Source: Candidatus Woesearchaeota archaeon (GTDB lineage Archaea; Nanobdellota; Nanobdellia; Woesearchaeales; WJKR01). Taken from it: a stretch of DNA of 63,199 bases. Both the position numbers and the translations under genes were made by a program. Below are positions 35,701-41,847 of the stretch, piece after piece (position 1 is the first letter of the stretch; the number at the start of each line of letters is the position of its first letter). Below the pieces are notes generated by a model. The model did not search any database and was not told the DNA's origin. It was given only the letters and a program-made list of their open reading frames with translations. The stretch covers positions 1 through 63,199 of the forward strand of contig WJKR01000037.1 of the NCBI GenBank assembly GCA_014729015.1, in the 5' to 3' direction.

Positions 35701-37953
35701 AAAGAGCTCACCATCGACGCCACCGGCCCAGAGATGCTCGACATCCTCACCAGCGACCCCACCTGCTCGCTCGACACCATCAAGGCCAAGTTCTTCAGCA
35801 ACGCGACCATCATCGGCCTCGACGCGTACAACTACTCCATCACGAACAGCAGCGGCGAGCTCACGCCCTGGACCAAGGTCAGCACGAAGTCAGCCCTCAC
35901 CATCACGGACCACGCAGAACTCATTGCAGGCAACGAGTACACGATCAAGGCACAAGCCATCGACGACTTCGACAGGAGCAGCGGCGCCCTCACCAAGACC
36001 GTCACCGCGCAACCAGCAACGCACGAGAACTGCGACGACGATTCCCCGACCGCGGCCATCATCCTACAAGAGGTGTACGGAGGCGTCGAAGCCACGGTCA
36101 TCTGCGAAGACGACGGGAGCGGCTGCAGCGACCACTACGAATTCTTCCACCTGACCAACCAATTAACAGCGACGTGCAAGGACGGCACGTACGAATCACT
36201 CGCCTACGAAGACCAACCCGTGACGCTCCGACGATCAGGGACTGCGTGCGCCATCGTCTACGACCACGCAGGCAACAACGACACCGCCAGCACGAAGATC
36301 GAAGTCGTGCGGCACTGCAGTAACGGCATCCAAGACCCGCAAGAAGACGGCGTGGATTGCGGCGGCGTGTGCCCGACGAGCTGCGAAGACTGCAGTAACG
36401 GCCGGCAAGACGCGTTCGAAGACGGCGTGGATTGCGGCGGCGTGTGCCCGACGAGCTGCGAAGCCATCGAGAACTGCGGCAACGGCTGGGTCGACCCAGG
36501 AGAGGAGTGTGACGGCACCCCGACCGTGGGCTGCGACCAGTTCGGGTTCGCCGGCGGCACGGTCACCTGCAATCATTGCAAGATCGACACCACGACGTGC
36601 ACGGCACCCACGACAGGCGTGTGCGGCGACGGCGTCGTCAACCCGGGAGAGCAATGCGACGGCACCGTGCCCGCAGGAGTGACATGCGAGGACTTCGGCA
36701 TGACCAGCGGCACGCTCAGCTGCGATGCGTGCAAGATATCCACCACGAGCTGCGAAGGCCTCCCCGGCACGTGCGGCGACGGCACCATCGGGCCGGGCGA
36801 GAGCTGCGAAGAGGACGCTATGCACGACCTCACCTGCGAGGACTTCGGGCTCGTCAGCGGCACCCTCGCCTGCGCTGCTTGCGAGCTCAACACGAGCAAC
36901 TGTCTGAACGGTTACTGCGGCGACGACGAGATCGACGAGGGAGAGACGTGCGACGGCCTCGCCTGGGGCGACATCACCAGCTGCGAGGACCTCTCCACAG
37001 ATTTCATCGGCGGCAAGCCGGTCTGCGGCAATGACTGCCACTTCGACACCTCCGCCTGCGCGCCGGGAGAAGCGACGATCAACGAGACCACGACGTGCCT
37101 CGACGATAGCGACTGCCCGACCGACGAGGCGTGCGAGGCGGGCGTCTGCCAACCGATCGCCGGGCCGGAACCAGGACCGGGACCGATGCCTCCTCCTGAG
37201 AAGGACGACACGGTCGCCCTCGCGCTCCTCATCGCAGGGGCCGCACTGCTGCTCGGCGGCGCAGGCTACCTGGCGTACACCACGTTCATCAACCCGCCTC
37301 GGCCAGCCACGCCGAAGACGCCGCCCCAACCGCAGCTCAGCCCCGAAGAGGCGGAACGACGGCAAGCGGCGAAGCTCGCCGAGGAGAAAGAGCGGTTAGC
37401 GTTGCAGAAACAGGCGCGCGCAAAGGCGCAGAAGGCGAAGGCCAAGGAGCGGCGGGCGTTGCTGTCCAGCTTCAACCGGGACGAGCTCGCGGGCAAGGCG
37501 AAGGGCCGAGCGAAGCCTTCCTTGAGGCAGCCAACCCCTCCGAAGCAAGCGCAGGAGCCCGCGGGGAAACCGTCTGCGCAGCAACGGCCGAAGGCAAGGG
37601 ATGACGTGTTCACCGGCCTCGACCGGCTCAACAAGCAGCCCGTCAAGAAGACGAACGAGCAGGTGTTCGATCAGCTCTCACAGCTCTCAGGATCGTCCAA
37701 GAACAAGCTCAAATCCACGATCAACAAAGGCAACCCGACGGCTGACGAGCTCGCCGAGCTGTTCCAGGAAGCGGAGAAGAAGGACGTCACGCCCAAGGCG
37801 GTGACCCCGGTGTTCCAGCACTTCATCGACAAGGGAAAACTCGACCACGCGACGGTGCATGAGACCGTGCACAAGCTCCACGAGCAGGACAAGCTCACCG
37901 CCAACCAGAAGGAGAAGATTCTGGGTGACATCACGCCGGGGGAGGGGGCATGA
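32797..37953 (+). CDS. giant type-I membrane surface protein (1718 aa) with Ig-like and Cys-rich repeats and a cytoplasmic Lys/Ala/Glu tail
   Basis: - I prefer the ATG at 32797 (SD agaggt 7 nt upstream) over the TTG at 32773.
- Sec signal MRTLPVILVILFLFPVVLSA.
- Repeated C.DDG.GC.D.Y...D.AGN Ig-like modules.
- DCGGVCPTSC and CGDG..PGE.CDG repeats.
- TM helix VALALLIAGAALLLGGAGYLAY, followed by a ~220-aa charged tail. Confidence 0.85.
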   Translation: MRTLPVILVILFLFPVVLSASYQDQQVITYTIKDDITHPQPNISVSFGEQPVCILDAELSFEDASQSDPPSIICDETPCRQEYNFSIGDDNYLIDADYVFYAKARDNDDNTIKIYVHFTIDSPEQHVYLVSPVNPYVNNTEDDFGMAKKQSFNLRVRLEQALGRPAEGCRWAYIESLPGSYASGEELFNNLAQEKAHFSSRSSDGYYFNDTDFSLAELAQGVLHEFIAVCKESEGRYSRSRMFLGWDDDKPVFDEEKTRILPDHPGIQGNDHAYIDDQNHAVATINVTTDDRVLCNVTNVRYPPLYGAKYRDYGDDDKYFWLSLGRFTITNPEAEDFNTTHLFARISFELLRTETPSVNPPYNYTFNVTCENMAGLTNSLLLDASINFSNTIGLEQVSPKSQHYTDTNDVDFEFTTDVEAVCNFFFDDDDETSDLDETITEGTYHYALTENDLDDGSYDYEFTCHLAGYTPQSKSGTISVDTEAPPAPDINTTDTKVCNNNTPELEIEFGTAGNVDRYDYRITSDNGYSATGSDTNGEVTHEISGHPIAWEETFTITANATDAAGNTGSPAQHTLTYLPYTCDGKKPSITTSKNYTSTGMDIAITCSDDGTGCTDRYDYSILPPDSTCDDADYGQHEQNGGAVAITGDQLLCYRVTDKAGNNETGSTTVMTSFPIEIVEPSFGIANTTTFNITIKTERSASCKFDFNHGNPGDLEMMYNDFPWDLDETDDTNKYRYEGFNPVSQGASICEGEPACAVSIIVICNVPPRYYYTPFMIGYDTTPPRIDAYASPATLREYGNLEAELIVESDDGTYCTYQDIEGEDAGNFGTLGPDQDSSYQQHHQASIGPFSPPTGNNDSYNVTYNVTCKNQAGIIVNDVATVTIAPTDEIGVTITTPSEHRARSVTLNVTTVLPARCNYTFNPKQPSTPLAPDDEDKRHAATESFAADGEYDLDVECVSLNHLYKGGASKELTIDATGPEMLDILTSDPTCSLDTIKAKFFSNATIIGLDAYNYSITNSSGELTPWTKVSTKSALTITDHAELIAGNEYTIKAQAIDDFDRSSGALTKTVTAQPATHENCDDDSPTAAIILQEVYGGVEATVICEDDGSGCSDHYEFFHLTNQLTATCKDGTYESLAYEDQPVTLRRSGTACAIVYDHAGNNDTASTKIEVVRHCSNGIQDPQEDGVDCGGVCPTSCEDCSNGRQDAFEDGVDCGGVCPTSCEAIENCGNGWVDPGEECDGTPTVGCDQFGFAGGTVTCNHCKIDTTTCTAPTTGVCGDGVVNPGEQCDGTVPAGVTCEDFGMTSGTLSCDACKISTTSCEGLPGTCGDGTIGPGESCEEDAMHDLTCEDFGLVSGTLACAACELNTSNCLNGYCGDDEIDEGETCDGLAWGDITSCEDLSTDFIGGKPVCGNDCHFDTSACAPGEATINETTTCLDDSDCPTDEACEAGVCQPIAGPEPGPGPMPPPEKDDTVALALLIAGAALLLGGAGYLAYTTFINPPRPATPKTPPQPQLSPEEAERRQAAKLAEEKERLALQKQARAKAQKAKAKERRALLSSFNRDELAGKAKGRAKPSLRQPTPPKQAQEPAGKPSAQQRPKARDDVFTGLDRLNKQPVKKTNEQVFDQLSQLSGSSKNKLKSTINKGNPTADELAELFQEAEKKDVTPKAVTPVFQHFIDKGKLDHATVHETVHKLHEQDKLTANQKEKILGDITPGEGA
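36316..36465 (+). repeat. 75-nt in-frame tandem repeat (2 copies) encoding CSNG.QD..EDGVDCGGVCPTSCE
   Basis: The copies lie at 36316-36390 and 36391-36465. The distal ~48 nt (gaagacggcgtggattgcggcggcgtgtgcccgacgagctgcgaag) are identical in both. Confidence 0.95.
36475..37059 (+). repeat. four ~145-nt coding repeats: CG(N/D)G...(P/E)GE.C(D/E).. cysteine-rich modules
   Basis: Units start at 36475, 36622, 36772 and 36916. They read CGNGWVDPGEECDG, CGDGVVNPGEQCDG, CGDGTIGPGESCEE and CGDDEIDEGETCDG, each followed by C.DFG...G...C..C...T..C. They resemble the Myxococcus cysteine-rich repeat. Confidence 0.8.
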
Positions 37954-38483
37954 CGAGGCGTGCCCAGGTACAGCAGGTGTTCGTGTACCTCTCAGCGATA
38001 CTCGTCATCGGGTTCGTCGTGCTCTTCGGCTACCGCATGGTCGACAAGATCCTCGACCAGCAGTGCGAGGTGAGCGAGCATTCCTTCATGGGCTCGCTCG
38101 AGGACGCCATCGACCGTAACGTGCACGCGCAGTCCGTGACTGACGTCGCGGTGCCCGCGCCGTGCAAGTACCAGCAGTTGTGCTTCGTGGACGCACGAGT
38201 AGTGGAAGGCTCCAGCACTTTCAACAACATCGATAATAGCTTGAAAGCGACGAACGCGGTCATGTGGGGAAATGCAATGGATGACATCGAATGGAACGTC
38301 TACCTCCTCATCCCGGGCAAGGAGACCAAGCCGATCATGTTCGACGACCGCATCACCACGACCGAGAAACCGATCGGCACAGCCGAGAAAGCTCACCTCT
38401 GCATCAACGCATCCTTGGGAGAATTCGTGTTCTGGGTGAAAGGAAAAGGCGACGGCGTATACCTCTACGCTGACGAGCGGTGA
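37950..38483 (+). CDS. type IV pilin-like protein 1 (class III signal peptide)
   Basis: The N-terminus is MTRRAQVQQVFVYLSAILVIGFVVLF. The ATG overlaps the stop of the upstream giant gene (ATGA). Confidence 0.7.
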   Translation: MTRRAQVQQVFVYLSAILVIGFVVLFGYRMVDKILDQQCEVSEHSFMGSLEDAIDRNVHAQSVTDVAVPAPCKYQQLCFVDARVVEGSSTFNNIDNSLKATNAVMWGNAMDDIEWNVYLLIPGKETKPIMFDDRITTTEKPIGTAEKAHLCINASLGEFVFWVKGKGDGVYLYADER

Positions 38484-39499
38484 TATCCGTGGCCCGACGA
38501 GCGCAACTCGGCATACAGTTCAACTGGCTCTTCGTACTCATCATCGGCGCCATCATCCTCGCGTTCTTCATCACCCTGATCAACAACCAGCAAGAAAAGG
38601 CGGGCGCCGAGGAGGCGACGGATCTCGTTGAGAGCCTCGATACTGTTTTTACCGTCATCAACACCGAACCGGACACGTACGACGCGTTCCCCATCCCGGA
38701 CGCGGAGGTCGAGTTCACGTGCGAGCCGGGACTGTCGCAATACTACATCCAAGGAGCGGGACCGATCGACACGACGTACGACCCCATCTTCACGCCCGAC
38801 GTGCTCAGGGGGGACACCATCATGAGCTGGACGATGACATGGGGCATCCCCTTCGAGGTCGCCGTGCTCACCTTCCTCGCCAACGACCGCACATTGTTCG
38901 TGTTCGCCAGCGATGAGCAGGACGGCTTCGTCAAGGCCATGGCGGACGAGCTCCCGGAACAGTTCCCCCGACAAACCACCAGTGTCAGCAACATCGGCGG
39001 CGCGCTGCTCGAGCGCGGCTACTCGCGCTACGTGGTCATCACGGACAAAGCTGTGAAGAGCATGGTGCCCACCGAGCTGTGGGACGTCACCTATGTCCGT
39101 CACATCAACCCCCTGGGCAATGGCATCGACTCGTACGGTCAGATAAAGTTCTATGACGCATCGACACGTGAGGTCACAGAGCCGTACTTCACCGAGGCGC
39201 TGGCGTGGGGAGCGGTCTTCGCCCAAGACGCCGACGCGTACCGGTGCGCCGCCAACAAGACGCTCATCCACCTCCAGGTCATCAGCACCATCCTCGAGCG
39301 ACGCGCGCGCGCCATCGCCCAGGAGCTTGGCGCATTGAGCTTTTGCTATGACAACTTCCTGCTCGTCGCCGATTCCTTTCAGGACTTCGCGGACGACCCC
39401 TCCTTCGACAAAGCACGGACCTTCCACAGCCATCGACAGACCATCGAGAACTACCAGAAAATCTCCTTGAGAGGATACAGATGCCCGGACCTGTACTGA
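38480..39499 (+). CDS. type IV pilin-like protein 2
   Basis: The N-terminus is ..ARRAQLGIQFNWLFVLIIGAIILAFFI. There is a GTGA overlap with the previous gene. Confidence 0.7.
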   Translation: MISVARRAQLGIQFNWLFVLIIGAIILAFFITLINNQQEKAGAEEATDLVESLDTVFTVINTEPDTYDAFPIPDAEVEFTCEPGLSQYYIQGAGPIDTTYDPIFTPDVLRGDTIMSWTMTWGIPFEVAVLTFLANDRTLFVFASDEQDGFVKAMADELPEQFPRQTTSVSNIGGALLERGYSRYVVITDKAVKSMVPTELWDVTYVRHINPLGNGIDSYGQIKFYDASTREVTEPYFTEALAWGAVFAQDADAYRCAANKTLIHLQVISTILERRARAIAQELGALSFCYDNFLLVADSFQDFADDPSFDKARTFHSHRQTIENYQKISLRGYRCPDLY

Positions 39500-39999
39500 G
39501 ACGAGGACAATTGCAGATAGGGGAGAGCATGATCGTCATCATACTCATCCTCATCATCGGCGTCTTCGCATTGGTGTTCTTCGCGAACATGACCAAGGCC
39601 AAATACCAAGTCCGGCTCGGGCAGTACGAGGACCTCAACGCCGTGGAAACAGCGCACATCGTGAACAGCCTGTACGAGCTGCGCTGCGCCAAGACGGGCG
39701 CCACAGAGGTGTGCGTGGACAAGCACAAAGCATTGGCGTTCGCGCAACTGCAACAAGACGAACCCGAACTAGTGAATGATTACTACTTCGACCTGTTCCG
39801 TTACTCCAGGATCGAGCTGCAGGAGATCTATCCAGAAGGGCACAATTACACCTTGTACGAGGTGAACGCGTCCAGCCAAGGACAGGTCGTCAAGGCGTTA
39901 GTCATGCCCGTCGCGATCTACAACAACTCCGCCGGCACCAACAGCTTCGGCATCCTCAGCGTCGAGCGGTTCTACACCAGGAGGTCGTCCACCACGTGA
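39481..39999 (+). CDS. type IV pilin-like protein 3
   Basis: The N-terminus is VLRRGQLQIGESMIVIILILIIGVFALVFF. It overlaps the previous gene by 19 nt. Confidence 0.7.
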   Translation: MPGPVLRRGQLQIGESMIVIILILIIGVFALVFFANMTKAKYQVRLGQYEDLNAVETAHIVNSLYELRCAKTGATEVCVDKHKALAFAQLQQDEPELVNDYYFDLFRYSRIELQEIYPEGHNYTLYEVNASSQGQVVKALVMPVAIYNNSAGTNSFGILSVERFYTRRSSTT

Positions 40000-40505
40000 G
40001 ACGCGCGCAGATAGAGATAATGGGGCTTGTCATGGTCGTCGTCCTGGTCACCATAGGCATATTCTTCAGCGTCGCGCTTAAGAAGCCGACGCCTGACCGC
40101 ACCCCTTTGGAGGTGTACGGCAACGAAAAACTAGCGAACAACTTCCTGATCACCCTGCTGGAGTCGCAGACCGCGTGCGGGCCGAAGGTGCGCGACGTCG
40201 CCGTCGACTGCGTCCGCGACGCGCAGACGGGCCAAACAGGACGCTACGCCTGTGATGGGAAGCAATCTTGCGATTACTTGGCTACTATCGCTAACCACAC
40301 CCTTGACAAGACGCTGAAACGCTGGAACTACCGCTACAACCTCACGTTCACCTACACGGCCGGGGATACCATACAGCTCTTCAGCCCCCTGACCAACGGC
40401 GACTGCACGCCCCAACAGAAGCAGACCGCACCCGGCATACAACCCATCTCCTTGTTCCGCGTCGCGCCGGGAAAAGCGATGCTGACGCTGAGAATCTGCG
40501 ACTGA
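39996..40505 (+). CDS. type IV pilin-like protein 4
   Basis: The N-terminus is MRRAQIEIMGLVMVVVLVTIGIFF. There is a GTGA overlap, and an SD aggaggt lies 9 nt upstream. Confidence 0.7.
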   Translation: MRRAQIEIMGLVMVVVLVTIGIFFSVALKKPTPDRTPLEVYGNEKLANNFLITLLESQTACGPKVRDVAVDCVRDAQTGQTGRYACDGKQSCDYLATIANHTLDKTLKRWNYRYNLTFTYTAGDTIQLFSPLTNGDCTPQQKQTAPGIQPISLFRVAPGKAMLTLRICD

Positions 40506-40512
40506 CCGCAAC

Positions 40513-40522
40513 ATTTAAATAT
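40513..40522 (+). promoter_or_regulatory. internal TATA box ahead of the mini-pilin triplet
   Basis: catttaaata sits in the only sizeable gap of the upstream half of the array. It is followed by SD tgaggtga 8 nt before the ATG at 40567. Confidence 0.5.
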
Positions 40523-40566
40523 TCTCTTCTCGTGGTTTGGACAATAATCGTGAGGTGAAAAACTCC

Positions 40567-40824
40567 ATGAAACAAGGCCAAGGGCTCTCCATGAACGTCA
40601 TCATCATCGCAGCCATATCCCTGTTGGTGTTAGTAATCATCAGCGTCTTGGTGCTCAGAGCGGGCGGCGACGTCAGTACCGGCACGGGGTGCGAAGGCAT
40701 CGGTGGACAATGCGTGCCGTCAGAATCAGGATGTCCTGACGGCTTCCGCCATGACGTCGTCCATAATTGCAAAGGGCGCGAGAACGAGGGCAAGATTTGC
40801 TGTATCCCAGAGAACTTCGAGTGA
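40567..40824 (+). CDS. mini pilin-like protein A (85 aa) with 6-Cys module
   Basis: The sequence is MKQGQGLSMNVIIIAAISLLVLVIISVLVL, then C-x6-C-x6-C-x10-C-x8-CC. I prefer the ATG at 40567 over the TTG at 40537. Confidence 0.7.
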   Translation: MKQGQGLSMNVIIIAAISLLVLVIISVLVLRAGGDVSTGTGCEGIGGQCVPSESGCPDGFRHDVVHNCKGRENEGKICCIPENFE

Positions 40825-40829
40825 ATTAC

Positions 40830-41087
40830 ATGAACGACAAACGAGGCGTCGAGCTCTCCTTTAACCTCATCATCGTGGCTATCGTCGCCCTGTTGGTCCT
40901 CGTCGTGGTCGTCTACCTCATCGCCAACCAGTCAGGCAACGTCAGGCAAGGAACCCTGTGCGTCAAGCACGGCGGGCGATGCGTTGAGAAGCTGGCGGAT
41001 TGCTCCACATACCAGATCCAGAACACCGATGCCACGAAGCCGCTCTGCAAACCCGGCGTGTGCTGCAGCCTTGTTCCTAAGGAGTAA
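40830..41087 (+). CDS. mini pilin-like protein B (85 aa) with 6-Cys module
   Basis: The sequence is MNDKRGVELSFNLIIVAIVALLVLVVVVYL, then C-x6-C-x6-C-x13-C-x4-CC. I trimmed it from track ORF 40767. Confidence 0.7.
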   Translation: MNDKRGVELSFNLIIVAIVALLVLVVVVYLIANQSGNVRQGTLCVKHGGRCVEKLADCSTYQIQNTDATKPLCKPGVCCSLVPKE

Positions 41088-41099
41088 CGAGGGAATTGC

Positions 41100-41651
41100 A
41101 TGGACAAGAAAGGCCAGACGTTCAAGTATGTTCTGGAAGCGGTCGTGTTCTTAGCGTTGCTCTTCGTCATCCTCCACTTCGTCTTCGGTATCGGCGCCTA
41201 TGGCAGCTCATTGACCAAGTGCGAGGCGACCAAGGGCACGTGCAGGATCGTCTGCGACCCGGGCGAGACCGAGCTCGACCACTCATGCAGGCAGCGACGA
41301 GGAGGCCTGCTCAGCGGCGAAGAGGAGCAAGCTGTAGAGAAGGTGTGCTGCTTCGACGCCGCCGACGTGCTCGGCGTCTCCTCGGACAGCGTTGAGGCGC
41401 CGGAAGACCTGAGCACGCTCGAGACCAAGGCAGAGGTGCAGCCGTACATCAACGCGCTCACCACCCACATCTGGGAGGAAGCAGCAGCGCATTCAGGACT
41501 ATCGGTCGACGACGTGCGCCAGGCCAACAAGGACGATAACGGCGACCCGAACCCGTTCACCCTCAAGCAGGACTACCACTACCCCGGCTATGCTGAGGAC
41601 CAGGAAGAACTCAACCGCCTCACAAACCACCGGGACCAGCTCTCCTCGTGA
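41100..41651 (+). CDS. pilin-like protein C (183 aa) with related 6-Cys module and acidic C-terminal extension
   Basis: The sequence is MDKKGQTFKYVLEAVVFLALLFVIL, then C-x6-C-x3-C-x10-C-x19-CC. Confidence 0.7.
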   Translation: MDKKGQTFKYVLEAVVFLALLFVILHFVFGIGAYGSSLTKCEATKGTCRIVCDPGETELDHSCRQRRGGLLSGEEEQAVEKVCCFDAADVLGVSSDSVEAPEDLSTLETKAEVQPYINALTTHIWEEAAAHSGLSVDDVRQANKDDNGDPNPFTLKQDYHYPGYAEDQEELNRLTNHRDQLSS

Positions 41652-41674
41652 ACAGGCGTCCCCCCCAATAGGAA

Positions 41675-41683
41675 CTTTTAAAA
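41675..41683 (+). promoter_or_regulatory. internal TATA box in pilin array
   Basis: ttttaaaaa lies in the 76-nt gap after 41651, about 45 nt upstream of the micro-ORF ATG at 41728. Confidence 0.4.
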
Positions 41684-41727
41684 ACTCGCCGTGCTGAGGA
41701 AGACATCGACATAGCAGGTGCTCTACC

Positions 41728-41841
41728 ATGAATGACAGGCGCGGATGGGAGATGACCAGGACTGTCATCATCATCGCAGGCATCGCCCTCCTCATCCTCG
41801 TCATCATCTTCGTGCAACAAGCATACAACAACATCGGCTGA
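41728..41841 (+). CDS. 37-aa micro-ORF consisting almost only of a class III-like signal/helix (hand-translated)
   Basis: The product is MNDRRGWEMTRTVIIIAGIALLILVIIFVQQAYNNIG. An SD-like gcaggtg lies 7 nt upstream. It fills the gap between neighbouring genes exactly. Confidence 0.5.
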   Translation: MNDRRGWEMTRTVIIIAGIALLILVIIFVQQAYNNIG

Positions 41842-41847
41842 TCAGGC

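Noticed and set aside
22633-37059. Direct repeats considered as a possible CRISPR array or mobile-element ends.
   Set aside because: All repeats are in-frame coding duplications inside giant genes. There is no regular repeat-spacer periodicity, and no cas, transposase or integrase genes are present.
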